A stretch of DNA of 64,000 bases from Gemmatimonadota bacterium (GCA_034521595.1 JAXHMG010000003.1:1760001-1824000); one strand, 5' to 3'. Positions 9,419 through 19,846 are shown, counted from the stretch's first letter. The notes: generated by a model not told the origin, from the sequence alone. Numbers and translations: made by a program.

Positions 9419-11173
9419 TTAACGCACGCCACCTCGCTGAATGATCGCTTCCTGAATCTCGATGTAGGTGTTGGCGTTGCCAGTCAGCTGCGACAGGTTG
9501 ACGTTCACCGATTCGGGATACTCACCGGAGTCCTGCAGGAGCTCCAACGCCCGCCGGAACTTCGGCAACGTCGCCTCGGCCGTTTCCAAGGTCTGGGGCT
9601 CCTGCTCCTGTACGGTCGCCTGGTAGAGGCTGAAGCCGTGCCAGAAGTTGAGCTGGTGGACGAGCTCCTCGGGGAGGTTCGGGATCTCCTTCGCCGCGCT
9701 CAGCCCCTCGATCGCGTACGCATAGTCCTCAACCTGATAACCGTTCTGGTACGCCTCGTTGAAGATCAAGCGGCCGGCCTGCTCCGCCTGCTGCGGGTTC
9801 CCTTCCGCGACGTCCGTTAGAATCTCGACGGCGTCCGGGATACGACCCGCCTGAATCAGCCAATTCCCCTGACGAAGCGCGGCGCTCGGGTGATCGGGGT
9901 TGATCTCGCGTACCCGGTCGAGCGCGGTGATCGCGTCGTCGAGCTGGCCATTCCGCTGCAACGCATCGGCGTAGACCAACCAGATCCGATCCTCCTGGGG
10001 ATGGGTCTCGAGCACCCGCTCACCCATAGCGATAGCATCGTCGAGCTGGCCGAGTTGGATGTAGGCGGAGATGACGTTTCGGAGCTGGCCGACGCCCATC
10101 TCCTCACCCTTCTCTTCATATACCCGCTCGTACGCGTCGATGGCCTCACGGTAGTACTCTGCCGCGGCAGAAGAGAGCTCGCCGCTGTCTTCCTCCGCGG
10201 CACGGACGGACTCGGCCTCCTGGACTTGCAGCGCCGCGGCGAACGCGAAGCCACCGTACTGCTCCCAGAGGTCGACGTTGTCCGGATCGACTTCGAGGCC
10301 GATGTCCAGGAACTGCATCGCACCCACCGGGTCGCCCGCCTGAGCGAGCTCATAGGCGATCCGCATCCGGATCTGGGCATTCCCGGGCTGTAGCTCCAGA
10401 AACTGGGAGTAGTATTCACGCGCCAGATCGTTCTGATCGGTCGTCGCCGCGATATAGCCCGCGAGCTGGAGCGCGTCCTCGTGGACCGGATCCTGCTCGA
10501 GGACGGTGTCCAGCTCTTCGAGAGCGGTCGAGTAGTCCTCCATCTCATAGTAGATGCGGGCGCGCCGGTACAGAACGCTGGTCGCATCCGGGTTGATCTC
10601 GAGCGCTTCGTTGCAGTTCCGGAGGGCGTTCTCCCACTGCTGGCTCGACGCGTAGTCCGCGCAGATCGCCGCGGCACGAACCTGGCTGTTGTACCTGTCG
10701 AAGGCCTGAAAGACCCGCTGGGCCGCTTCCTCGCGGTCGTCCTTGCCGATGGTGAACTCGTCGACGTCGAACGACTCGCTGGCGCTGATGTTCCACACCG
10801 CAGCATTCACCACCATGGTCTCATCCGGCTGCTCGGTGTAGGTCGCACAGACCGCGATCGGCGCATCCATCTGAGACGCGAGCTGGCGCGTCCGGATGCA
10901 GTTGAGCTCGTCCATGTTCACGCCCACGTCGTCCGCCGCGTCTTCGATGTCGTCCTTCGAGATCGCGCGGTGGGTCGACATGCCGTCCAGCAGTTCCCGT
11001 AGCTCCTCCGATACGTCTTCGCCGAAGCCGTCGTCGGCATCCTCGAGAGGCTCGAAATACGGAACCAGGACGCGGAATCGTCCGCCGTCCTGGGCCTCGG
11101 CAGCAGTAGCCGGTCCGAAGACCACGGCCGCCAGCGCCAGTATCAAGGTCGTCTTCAACCGTCCGAGCATCAT
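9419..11173 (-). CDS. Exported tetratricopeptide-repeat protein (very acidic)
   Basis: GAGAGGA RBS; signal peptide ending AEA-Q; repeated TPR-like units (ALEINPD, VLEQDP, LELQPGN, LEVDPDN). Confidence 0.85.
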   Translation of the reverse strand: MMLGRLKTTLILALAAVVFGPATAAEAQDGGRFRVLVPYFEPLEDADDGFGEDVSEELRELLDGMSTHRAISKDDIEDAADDVGVNMDELNCIRTRQLASQMDAPIAVCATYTEQPDETMVVNAAVWNISASESFDVDEFTIGKDDREEAAQRVFQAFDRYNSQVRAAAICADYASSQQWENALRNCNEALEINPDATSVLYRRARIYYEMEDYSTALEELDTVLEQDPVHEDALQLAGYIAATTDQNDLAREYYSQFLELQPGNAQIRMRIAYELAQAGDPVGAMQFLDIGLEVDPDNVDLWEQYGGFAFAAALQVQEAESVRAAEEDSGELSSAAAEYYREAIDAYERVYEEKGEEMGVGQLRNVISAYIQLGQLDDAIAMGERVLETHPQEDRIWLVYADALQRNGQLDDAITALDRVREINPDHPSAALRQGNWLIQAGRIPDAVEILTDVAEGNPQQAEQAGRLIFNEAYQNGYQVEDYAYAIEGLSAAKEIPNLPEELVHQLNFWHGFSLYQATVQEQEPQTLETAEATLPKFRRALELLQDSGEYPESVNVNLSQLTGNANTYIEIQEAIIQRGGVR

Positions 11174-11461
11174 TCCTCTCCCCGGGGATTCCCCGTCTTG
11201 GTCTCGGTCCACACCGCGCGGACCCCGTCCGGTCCGGCTACCGGACTGTTTCGTTGTGTGACATACATAACCCGACCAGGGGCAGGAGGTTCAATCGCCC
11301 CCGCCCTTGGCCAGAGATGATCGCGGCACAAAGTACGGTAGGCCTTGTCGGTCGCGCCAGGGGTAAGCACCTGCTTCCCGGGCGGGCCGTCGCCCCTTCA
11401 TCGAGCGCCGGACCTCCGACACATGTACAGCCCTCAACCTTCGAGGTTTCAATCGCCGACG

Positions 11462-11887
11462 TCACTCGAAGGGGCCGTCGAACGTCTCCAGCACCGTCCG
11501 CAAGTCGCTCGAAAGCCGTACCGAGCGTTCCGATTCGTAGTCGAACATGACCTGCACGGTCTCGCCGCTCACCAGGAGATCACCCGCGTCGGAGCGGACC
11601 TCGTACTGGATTTCGAAGTGCTTGCGACCGAGGCGGCTCACCCGTACGCCGACATCCACGGTCTGTGGCCACAGCACGCGCTGGTGCCACCGGATGCGTG
11701 CTTCGGCGAGAACGTAGTCAACGTCACCGAGCTCGCCTCGTCCCACGACCTCCCGCCAATACGCCCATCGCGCTTCTTCGAAGTACATGAGGGCTTCCGA
11801 ATGGTGGGCGTGGCCTCCGACGTCGATGTCCCGAAATCGCACCGGCACGGGATGATGGAACCGGAACTGCGCGCTCGAGTCGGACAC
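11462..11887 (-). CDS. Acyl-CoA thioesterase (4HBT/YbgC hot-dog family)
   Basis: GTG after AGGAGG; VRFRDIDVGGHAHH..YFEEAR motif. Confidence 0.88.
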   Translation of the reverse strand: MSDSSAQFRFHHPVPVRFRDIDVGGHAHHSEALMYFEEARWAYWREVVGRGELGDVDYVLAEARIRWHQRVLWPQTVDVGVRVSRLGRKHFEIQYEVRSDAGDLLVSGETVQVMFDYESERSVRLSSDLRTVLETFDGPFE

Positions 11888-12058
11888 GGAGCCTCCTCCT
11901 TCGGGTACAGGGCCGGAACCGGAGGCCGCGTGGCCGGAACCGGCTCGTGGGAACACCGATCTTCTCACACCCGGAGGCGGCGCGGAACCCTTTCTCCGGA
12001 ATCGGCTCCCCGAATAGCTTGGAATCGACGTACGAGCTTCCATGCGAGATGAGGGATC

Positions 12059-12931
12059 ATGGTCCAGCGCACGTGTGACGCGGAGAGGCATCGGCGGGAT
12101 CGTCGGGAACCCGGCCCGTTCGACCGGAGCCGTGCGGGGGGTGCCATCGTCCTGGCCTGTCTGGCATGGTGGGGGTGTGCGGGTGGAGCTCCCCGCCCGG
12201 ACACCGGTACGGAGCTGGCGGAGTGGCAAGCACTGGCGACGGCCCGCCCGACACCAACGCCCGGAGCGCCGAGCGTCGCCCTCGGAACCATCGAGCTGCT
12301 CGGCACCACGAACTGGGACCTGCCGAGCTCCCTTCAGCCTACGGTGGTTGTCTCCGAGCTCGTCACGGTCGGACTCCTGCCGCGCACGGATCTCGAGTTC
12401 GTCGAGCGGCGTCGGTTCACGGCCGCGGTGGAAGCCGAGAGCCGAGGCACGAGCAGGCCGAACGCACCGCCCGCGGGTGTCTCCGAGCAACCGGAGCTCG
12501 TGCTGTCCTTCACCTGGACGGACCTGGAAGGAACGGGGGGCACCTTGGAGATGCGCCTTACGGATTCCGGCACGGGCGCCGTGCGTGACGCCTGGCGACG
12601 GACCGTCCCTGCGGAAGCCGAGCCGGTAACCCTCGCGCGGCACGTGACCTCCGGCCTCGTGGAGCGGCTGGAGGCCCTCGACCTCCTCGCCGAGCCGATG
12701 GGCGACCCCGGGCGGTCCGCGTCCACGGTGAACGCCCGGTCGGATGTCACGGACCAGGCGTTCCGTCATTTCGCACGGGGGCTGGCCGCGGAAGAGCAGT
12801 GGCGATGGGACCGAGCCAAAGCCGGTTACGAGTCTGCTCTCTCCGCGGACTCGACCTTCGCCGAGGCCCGTGCCGCGCTCGCGCGGACAGCTCGACTACG
12901 GCTCGGTGGCACGCTCGCGGACAGCGAGTGA
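12059..12931 (+). CDS. Putative lipoprotein, CsgG/TolB-N-like
   Basis: Lipobox-like LAWWGC; LEFVERRRF resembles the CsgG-type VER motif; helical C-terminus. Start uncertain. Confidence 0.55.
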   Translation: MVQRTCDAERHRRDRREPGPFDRSRAGGAIVLACLAWWGCAGGAPRPDTGTELAEWQALATARPTPTPGAPSVALGTIELLGTTNWDLPSSLQPTVVVSELVTVGLLPRTDLEFVERRRFTAAVEAESRGTSRPNAPPAGVSEQPELVLSFTWTDLEGTGGTLEMRLTDSGTGAVRDAWRRTVPAEAEPVTLARHVTSGLVERLEALDLLAEPMGDPGRSASTVNARSDVTDQAFRHFARGLAAEEQWRWDRAKAGYESALSADSTFAEARAALARTARLRLGGTLADSE

Positions 12932-12960
12932 ACCGAGCGACCGCTCAGCTCGGTCTACGG

Positions 12961-13986
12961 CTACCCACGACTACGCAAGCGGATGCCGCCGGACCCGGTA
13001 TCGATCGACAGGGTCCCGCCACCGTCTCCGATGCGCCCCCGCAACTCGTCTCGACGCACGGTACGAAGCTCGACGGGGAGGTCCACGTCGATCCGGCCAC
13101 TCCCCGTCTCCATCTCGACCTCCGCCCCGAAGTCGGCCGGGACGGTGACCGTGACCGAGCCCGAGCCCGTATCCACCAGCAGCCGCTCCACATCCGTCAG
13201 CAGCTCGATCTCAACGGAACCGCTCCCGGTATCCACCTCGACTTCCCTGCTCCTCACGCCCCTCATCCGGACGCTCCCCGAACCCGTGTCGGCCCACAGC
13301 GAGGGAGCCTCGACGTCCTGCACCGTGATCGACCCCGAGCCCGTGTCGAGCACCACCTCGCCGCCCGAGAGGCGTTCGGCTTCGATGCTCCCGGAGCCGG
13401 TGTCCACGCCGACACGTCCTCGGATGTCGGACAACGTCACCCGTCCCGAGCCCGTGTCGATCCGCATATCACCTTCCACTCCATGGGCTTCCACTCCACC
13501 CACGGCCAAATACACTCCGATCCTTCGACCGGCGGGGACCTCGATCACCAGGTCGGCCCACGCTTCCATGCCGCTACCCGATCCCCGGATCCGCACACGG
13601 TCACCACTACCGCTCCGTCCGTCCGAGAACGTACCGTCGGGCCGCACGGTCCGGGTCGTCGTCGATCCGCGTCCCATCTCCGGATAGACCACCTCGGCCG
13701 CCGGGTAGACGATCCGCAACGTCTCGCGTCCCCCGATCCGTCCGGTCTCCACCGCGAGGCGATCCGCATCCCGTCCCTCGCGCGCGGCTCGCACCACCAC
13801 GTCGGGTCCGTTCCCGGAGACGATCTCGACCCGTCCCGCGAGGTTGTAGATCGCGACATCGTCTCCCGACAACCGCGCTACGTCTTGGGCGTCGGCCGAG
13901 ATGGCCGTGCTCGTCAGCAGGATGCCGAGGGCCGTGATCCCAACCCGCGCCGTCCCGGCGCTCCTGATCCACCTTCGTCCCAACAT
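12961..13986 (-). CDS. DUF4097 family beta-strand repeat protein
   Basis: GAGGAGG RBS; signal peptide; many (V/I)DTGSG(S/R) repeats. Confidence 0.85.
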   Translation of the reverse strand: MLGRRWIRSAGTARVGITALGILLTSTAISADAQDVARLSGDDVAIYNLAGRVEIVSGNGPDVVVRAAREGRDADRLAVETGRIGGRETLRIVYPAAEVVYPEMGRGSTTTRTVRPDGTFSDGRSGSGDRVRIRGSGSGMEAWADLVIEVPAGRRIGVYLAVGGVEAHGVEGDMRIDTGSGRVTLSDIRGRVGVDTGSGSIEAERLSGGEVVLDTGSGSITVQDVEAPSLWADTGSGSVRMRGVRSREVEVDTGSGSVEIELLTDVERLLVDTGSGSVTVTVPADFGAEVEMETGSGRIDVDLPVELRTVRRDELRGRIGDGGGTLSIDTGSGGIRLRSRG

Positions 13987-13997
13987 GCCGCACCTCC

Positions 13998-14762
13998 TCA
14001 TCGGATTCGAATCGAACCGTTGACGGTCTTCACCCGCAGCACCGGTCCCCCGGCGCCGAGCGTTCCACTCGCCCGCCCGCGACCCATCCGCCCCGTGATC
14101 GTGATCGGGAGATCGGAGTCCAGGCCACCGTTGAGCCATCGTACGTCGAGGTCCGCGTCGAGGTCGTCGGGCAGATCGAGCCGAATGCGGCCGTTCACCG
14201 TCTCGAAGCTCACGTCTTCGCGGAGGGTTCCGCCCATGCGCACATCGATGGAGCCGTTGACCGTCCGGCCCCGGAACGGAACGTCGCTCGGCACCTCGAC
14301 CCTGAACTCGACTTCCACGTCGTTGCGGCGGGTGTTCATGCGTCCTCCCGATCCGGGCTCGCAGGTGTTCTCGGCTTCGCCGGAAGGGGTCGGGTACATC
14401 GCACAGAAAGTGATTCCTCCGGCATGCTCCACCCTTTCGATCCGCACGCTAGCCGGGTCACTCCGCCGCCCCCGGAACGTCGCGGTCACGACGGCTTCGG
14501 AGCCGCCGGCCGCCTCCGCACGGATGGCGCCGTTCACGCCCTTGATCTCCAAGGTCCCTCCGGCCGGCACCTCGCCCCGCCACGTATACCGCGCCCGGTC
14601 GACTCCGTCATCGCCGGAAGCGTCGTCCGCCGAAGCTTGAGCCGCCGCACACCCCGCAGCCCCCAAGAGCCCCAGGATCGTCGCCCCCAGCGCCCACATC
14701 GTCCCGGCACGGCGCATTGCGTCACCCCGGGCCGTCTCCATCCGTCTGCTTCCCGTCCTCAT
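13998..14762 (-). CDS. DUF4097 family beta-strand repeat protein
   Basis: Signal or lipoprotein-like N-terminus; repeated TVNG motifs. Confidence 0.8.
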   Translation of the reverse strand: MRTGSRRMETARGDAMRRAGTMWALGATILGLLGAAGCAAAQASADDASGDDGVDRARYTWRGEVPAGGTLEIKGVNGAIRAEAAGGSEAVVTATFRGRRSDPASVRIERVEHAGGITFCAMYPTPSGEAENTCEPGSGGRMNTRRNDVEVEFRVEVPSDVPFRGRTVNGSIDVRMGGTLREDVSFETVNGRIRLDLPDDLDADLDVRWLNGGLDSDLPITITGRMGRGRASGTLGAGGPVLRVKTVNGSIRIR

Positions 14763-14763
14763 C

Positions 14764-15606
14764 TCATCCTCCCTGCAACAGTTGGATCTCGCCGTCGAAC
14801 GCTTCGACGATCACTTCGGCATCGCCGCCCCCCAGCGTGAACTCGAAGCTTCGCCCACTCGTGAACTCCGACACCTTCACCGGGAAATCGGACTCGAACG
14901 TCCCGTGAAAGGTCGAGACGCGCACCCGGGCGCTGGGGTTTGGCGACAGCACGAGCCGCGCATCACCGCTGTGGAGAAAGAAGCGATACGCTCCGCCGGC
15001 CAGAATCTCCCCGGAGAACCGGATATCCCCGGCCTGCACTTCCCCACGCACCCGTTCGCTTCGGATGGCGTCGAGGCGCACGTCACCGCTCACCGTCCGC
15101 GCTTCGACGGGACCGGTGGCCCCCCGCACCCGGATATCGTCCGTCTTGGTCGATAGCGTCAGCGACCCCGTGGCGTCGTCCACCCTGATCTCACCCTGTA
15201 CCGTGTTGACCCGCACCGGGCCACGCGCACCCACGACCTCGACATCTCCCGAGATGTTCCGGACGTCCACGGATCCCGCCATCCCGCGCACCGATACGTC
15301 CAGCCGGCGGCCTTCGATCTCGACGTCCACCCAATCCGGCAAGCGGATGGAGAGCTCGACGAAACGGTCACCTCGCCTCGTGTCCGAGCCGCCCACGATC
15401 ACGCGCCCCCCCGAGCGACGGACGGCCACTCGGTCCGCCCGTCCCCCTTCGGAGACTTCCATGTGATCGTCCGCGCCGGCCTCGACCGAGACCGCGCCGG
15501 CGATATTCCGAACCACGACACGATCACCCGGACGCATCGCGAGCACGGTGTCGGCCGCCTCGCCCCCGCACCACGCCAGGGCACAAGCAAGCAGGAGCGC
15601 GGTCAT
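14764..15606 (-). CDS. DUF4097 family beta-strand repeat protein
   Basis: Signal peptide; NISGDV, TVQGEI, TVSGDV repeats. Confidence 0.8.
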   Translation of the reverse strand: MTALLLACALAWCGGEAADTVLAMRPGDRVVVRNIAGAVSVEAGADDHMEVSEGGRADRVAVRRSGGRVIVGGSDTRRGDRFVELSIRLPDWVDVEIEGRRLDVSVRGMAGSVDVRNISGDVEVVGARGPVRVNTVQGEIRVDDATGSLTLSTKTDDIRVRGATGPVEARTVSGDVRLDAIRSERVRGEVQAGDIRFSGEILAGGAYRFFLHSGDARLVLSPNPSARVRVSTFHGTFESDFPVKVSEFTSGRSFEFTLGGGDAEVIVEAFDGEIQLLQGG

Positions 15607-16334
15607 CCGGCCCTGTCCACAATCCGCGAGACCTCTCGCAGGTACTCGAGCTTCCGCTCGTAGGTGCGCTCGAGGTGCCCACGGAGAAACTCGTTCTCGG
15701 GATCGAGCGCGAGTGCCCGATACGAGTCCTCGATGGCTCGCTCGATCACCAGAAGGTTCCGCTCGAGCACGTCCACGGTGTTGGGATCGAGTCGTTCACG
15801 ACCTTCGTCCAGCGCCGCTTCGAGCACCGACAGCTCCCGAACCAGCTCCTCGGTCAGGGGCACGTCCACGGGAACCGAGGCGACGCTCACCGCGCCGGCG
15901 GGCACGCTCGGTCCGTCCGCGGCGGACGGCGCGCCCAGGCTACCCCGGGCCCACCACGCGGCGGACGCCGAGAGTGTCACCAACGCCACCGCGGCCGCGG
16001 CGAGCCGGGGTACGCTCCCCATCCACCGGATCCGACGCCGCGCAGCGGAGGGGCGGGCCGTTGCGTGAACGGCCGGCTCGGACGCGCGCACCCGGCCCTC
16101 GATTCCGTCCTCGAGCCTCGACACGATCTCCGGCCAGAGGTCGCGAGGCGGCTCGACGGGCCCCAACGAGCGGGCCTCATGCGCGATGCGGGCCAAGTCC
16201 GCGCACGCTTCCATGCAGCGGGCACACTCCACCAGATGAGATTCCACGACATCCCGTTCGGAGGTCGGAAGCGTGCCATCGAGGTGCTCGGAGAGGCGTT
16301 CGAGCACCCATTCGTGTCGGTTCTCGTGCATCAT
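15603..16334 (-). CDS. Zinc-finger (ZAS, HxxxCxxC) transmembrane anti-sigma factor
   Basis: LSEHLDGTL..HLVECARC; one TM; ATGA overlap with the ECF sigma stop. Confidence 0.88.
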   Translation of the reverse strand: MMHENRHEWVLERLSEHLDGTLPTSERDVVESHLVECARCMEACADLARIAHEARSLGPVEPPRDLWPEIVSRLEDGIEGRVRASEPAVHATARPSAARRRIRWMGSVPRLAAAAVALVTLSASAAWWARGSLGAPSAADGPSVPAGAVSVASVPVDVPLTEELVRELSVLEAALDEGRERLDPNTVDVLERNLLVIERAIEDSYRALALDPENEFLRGHLERTYERKLEYLREVSRIVDRAG

Positions 16335-16870
16335 CGTTCCAGGTACTCCCGCATCAACATGCGCGCCCGGTGCAGCTGGGATTTGGACGTTCCCACGGAC
16401 ACGCCCATGAGCTCCGATATCTCCTCGTGGGTGTAGCCCTCGACGTCGTACAACACGAACACCTCCCGTGCGCGAGCCGGCAACGTTCGCATCGCGGCTT
16501 CCAGATCCAGGCGCGCGCCGGGGTGGCCGGGCCGCGGCTCGGCCGCGAGCGCCACCACCTCGTCCCCGCCACCGTGCTTTGCCTGGCGGCCACGGAGGGT
16601 GTTGCGGCGAGTGATGATCAAATTCACCGCGAGCCGGTGAAGCCAGGTCCCGAATCGCGCTCGCCCCGCGAACGTGCCGAGCTTGCGCCACGCACGGATG
16701 AACACCTCCTGGGTCAAGTCCTCTGCCCACTCCTCGCCGATCAGGCGCAACGCCAACGCGTATACCCGCCCGACATGGGCGCGATAGAGCCGCTCGAACG
16801 CCCGGGTGTCCCCTTCCACCGCCCGGCGCACGTCGTCCTCTTCCCGCTCCGTCACCGCCGTCGCGCCCAC
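16331..16870 (-). CDS. ECF RNA polymerase sigma factor
   Basis: GDTRAFERLY, AEDLTQEVF, FGTWLHRLAVN, EGYTHEEI, GTSKSQLHRAR; GTG after GGGAGG. Confidence 0.93.
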   Translation of the reverse strand: MGATAVTEREEDDVRRAVEGDTRAFERLYRAHVGRVYALALRLIGEEWAEDLTQEVFIRAWRKLGTFAGRARFGTWLHRLAVNLIITRRNTLRGRQAKHGGGDEVVALAAEPRPGHPGARLDLEAAMRTLPARAREVFVLYDVEGYTHEEISELMGVSVGTSKSQLHRARMLMREYLER

Positions 16871-16915
16871 GAGCCTCCCGTGCTGGGGCTCCTCCGAGGA
16901 TCGTTCCCCCCCTGA

Positions 16916-16941
16916 GACGGGGCGATGCCAGCCGGGGTTGG
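16916..16941 (-). promoter_or_regulatory. Candidate ECF-type autoregulatory promoter
   Basis: Minus strand CCAAC-N17-CGTC, about 45 bp upstream of the sigma gene, matching the AAC/CGT ECF pattern. Confidence 0.55.
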
Positions 16942-17081
16942 AATCCGACCGGGCCCGACCGTTGCGCGGGCCTTGGGACGGAAGCACGATGCACGCAGAA
17001 TGGCATCCTTCACAGGAGCCTTCCTCGGCACGCCGGCGCTGCGGCCGGCAGTGCCACGGACCCCCCCAACTCGGCCGCGCC

Positions 17082-17411
17082 ATGCAGATTCTCCCGATCG
17101 ACGTCACCGCGCTCGTCGCCACCATCCTGGGCATCTCCGTCATCCTGGTTCCCGTCATCGGCGTCACGGCCCGGTTCGCGCTCAAGCCCACCGCGGAAGC
17201 TATGTCCCGCTTTTTCGATCATCAGGGGCTCGGAGAGACCGTCCGCGTGCTCGAGCGGCGGATCGACTTCCAGGAGCAACAGATCGAGGCGCTCGAAGCT
17301 TCCCTCCGCCGTATCAGCGAAGGGAGTGAGTTCGACCGAAAGCTCCTCGAAGCCCACGGAGAGTCGACCCTCGAGAACGTCCCTCCGGCTTCCCCTACGG
17401 AGTCCGAGTAG
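17082..17411 (+). CDS. Small membrane-anchored coiled-coil protein
   Basis: 109 aa; N-terminal TM, then a coiled coil ending EFDRKLL. Confidence 0.75.
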   Translation: MQILPIDVTALVATILGISVILVPVIGVTARFALKPTAEAMSRFFDHQGLGETVRVLERRIDFQEQQIEALEASLRRISEGSEFDRKLLEAHGESTLENVPPASPTESE

Positions 17412-17429
17412 GTTCGAGATTCACGAGTC

Positions 17430-18194
17430 ATGAATCGATTCGGATTCGCCGGTAGAGCGGAGATCATCGCGCATCGTGGCTTCAGCGCGCGGGCGCCGGA
17501 AAACACCCTGGCCGCACTGTCCGCCGCCATCGAAGCCGGAGCCGACGCCGTGGAGTTCGACCTCCAGGTGACCCGTGACGGAGTGCCCGTTCTCTTTCAC
17601 GACGACAGCCTCGACCGGACCACGGACGGCACGGGGACGCTCGCGGATCGCTCCATGGATGAGCTCCGGACGCTCGACGCGGGATCGTGGTTCGACCCCT
17701 CGTTCGCGGGAGAACCGGTCCCCGCGCTCGCCGAGGCCCTGGCGCTGCTCGAAGCGTGGCCCGGCCGCATCTATCCCGAGCTCAAGGACCCCACCCCACT
17801 CGAGCATGTGGACCGCATCGTCGCGGAAGTCGTGAGTCAGGATCTCCTCGAGCGTACCGTGTTCATCACCATGGACTGGTCGCTCCTCGAGCGCGTGCGC
17901 GAGCGGGCTCCCAAGGCCGGGATCGGCTATATCGTGCGTCGCGCCAGCCAGACGGAGGAAGCGCTCGTCAGAGCGGCCGGCGACCCACTCGCCCTGCTCG
18001 ACTTCGACAAGGCGGTCGCGCTACGGGACCGCGACGCGACCGGCCGGGCGCGCGCGCTCGGCATCCCCATGGCCGCGTGGACGGTCGACGACCCGGACGA
18101 CGCCACCCGCCTCGTTGACGCGGGCGTCGAGCGCATCACGACGAACCGGGTGGATCGGATGGTCGCGTGGAAAGCGGAGCAGGCACCGGGCTGA
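17430..18194 (+). CDS. Glycerophosphodiester phosphodiesterase
   Basis: IAHRG, PENTL, VEFDL, FHD, DAGSW, ELK, WTVD, ITTN. Confidence 0.93.
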   Translation: MNRFGFAGRAEIIAHRGFSARAPENTLAALSAAIEAGADAVEFDLQVTRDGVPVLFHDDSLDRTTDGTGTLADRSMDELRTLDAGSWFDPSFAGEPVPALAEALALLEAWPGRIYPELKDPTPLEHVDRIVAEVVSQDLLERTVFITMDWSLLERVRERAPKAGIGYIVRRASQTEEALVRAAGDPLALLDFDKAVALRDRDATGRARALGIPMAAWTVDDPDDATRLVDAGVERITTNRVDRMVAWKAEQAPG

Positions 18195-18241
18195 GCGCGC
18201 CAAGCGCGCACCAACCACCCGCGAACGGCTTCAGAGCCCGC

Positions 18242-19846
18242 TCAGTCGACGTGCACGAGCTCCCTGGCCCGCTCGCGCAGCACCTTCTTGTCGAACTTGC
18301 CCGTCGAGGTCCGCGGGATCTCGTCCACCCACACCATGCGGTCCGGAAGCCACCAGCGCGGGAACATCTCCTGGAGCGGGGCCAACAGCTCCGACGGGTC
18401 GGGTGGCTCCCCGGAGTCGAGCACCACGAATGCCCACGGCCGCTCCTGCCACTTGCCGTCCGGCACCGCGACGACACAGGCCTCCACGACCCGCGGACGA
18501 CCCATCAGCGCATGCTCGAGGCGCACGCTCGAGATCCACTCACCACCGCTTCGAATGAGGTCCTTGGTTCGGTCGACGAGCCTGAAATATCCGTCCTCGT
18601 CCCGCGTCGCCACGTCCCCGGTCCGCAGCCAGCCGTCCCTGAACGAATCCGTCGCGTCCCGTCGGTAGTAGCCCGCCGTCACCCACGGGCCGCGCACCTC
18701 GAGCTCACCCGGCGTCAGGCCATCGGTCGGAACCGGGGTTCCGTCGTCCCCGACCACCCGCGCGTCCACGAACGGGAGGGGCGTTCCCTGGCTGGTGCGC
18801 ACATGGAGCAGCTCCGCGTCGGACCAACCCTCCATGCGACGGCGCGGATGCGTCACCATGCCCACGGGGGTGAGCTCGGTCATGCCCCAGCCCGTGAGGA
18901 CTTCGATTCCGAGCTCTTCGCGGTATGCCTCGATGAGCGAAGGTGCGGAAGGTGCGCCTCCAGCGTGGATCCGCAGCCGCGAATGCAGCGACCGCGGTCG
19001 TCGGCGCAGCTCCGCCAGGACCTCCATCCACACGGTCGGAACGCCCGCCGCGAACGTGACCTGCTCCCGCTCGAGGAGCTCCGCGATACGGGCGGCGTTC
19101 GGGTGGGCGCCCGGAAGCACCAGCCCGGCCCCTGTCATGGCCGCAGCGTGTGGAAGCCCCCAGGCATTCGCGTGGAACATGGGGACGGCCGGCAGAATGA
19201 TGTCCCTTTCCGACAGTCCGAAGCCGTCCGGGAGACAAATTCCCAGGGTGTGCAGCGCCAGGGCCCGATGGGTGTAGCCCACGCCCTTCGGCTCACCGGT
19301 CGTCCCGGAGGTGTGGCAGAGCGCGGCGAGCGCGTTCTCGTCGACCGGCTTCCAGGTCGCCTCCTCGGCACGCACCAGGAGATCTTCGTAGGGCTGCCAG
19401 CCCTCCGGTGCTTCACCCGCTTCGGAGAGGCTCACGAACACCTCGATACCCGCGGCCTGCAACGACCTTCGGTCCGCTCCCGCAGCGACCTCCGGATCCG
19501 CGAACAACACCCTCGCGCCACCGTCCCGCACGACCTCCGCGACCTGGCTCGACGAGAGCCGAAGATTCACGGTGTGCAGCACGGCCCCCACGGCGGGAAC
19601 GGCGAAGTAGAGCTCGAGGTGACGATGGGTATTCCACCCCAAGGTCGCGACGCACGCGCCCGGGCCCACGCCGAGCGCGTCCAAAGCGGACGACGCCCGT
19701 CGCGCACGGCGGGCCACGTCGCCCCAGGACCGTCGCGTCCGGATATGGTCCCCCTCCGCGCCCACGACCTCCCCGGAACCGAAGAGATCCGCCGCCCGCT
19801 CGAGGAAATGAACCGGCGTCAGTGGATACGACATCATCCCGCTCAC
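18242..19846 (-). CDS. Long-chain fatty acid--CoA ligase (AMP-binding)
   Basis: HTSGTTGEPKG, PMFHANAWG, GWGMTE, GWLRTGD, DRTKDLIRSGGEWISS, TGKFDK. Confidence 0.93.
   Translation of the reverse strand: MSGMMSYPLTPVHFLERAADLFGSGEVVGAEGDHIRTRRSWGDVARRARRASSALDALGVGPGACVATLGWNTHRHLELYFAVPAVGAVLHTVNLRLSSSQVAEVVRDGGARVLFADPEVAAGADRRSLQAAGIEVFVSLSEAGEAPEGWQPYEDLLVRAEEATWKPVDENALAALCHTSGTTGEPKGVGYTHRALALHTLGICLPDGFGLSERDIILPAVPMFHANAWGLPHAAAMTGAGLVLPGAHPNAARIAELLEREQVTFAAGVPTVWMEVLAELRRRPRSLHSRLRIHAGGAPSAPSLIEAYREELGIEVLTGWGMTELTPVGMVTHPRRRMEGWSDAELLHVRTSQGTPLPFVDARVVGDDGTPVPTDGLTPGELEVRGPWVTAGYYRRDATDSFRDGWLRTGDVATRDEDGYFRLVDRTKDLIRSGGEWISSVRLEHALMGRPRVVEACVVAVPDGKWQERPWAFVVLDSGEPPDPSELLAPLQEMFPRWWLPDRMVWVDEIPRTSTGKFDKKVLRERARELVHVD

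Noticed and set aside
12990..13460. Recurring CCCGAGCCCGTGTC-like units that resemble a repeat array
   Set aside because: They encode the DTGSG repeats of a DUF4097 protein; imperfect and inside a CDS, so not CRISPR.
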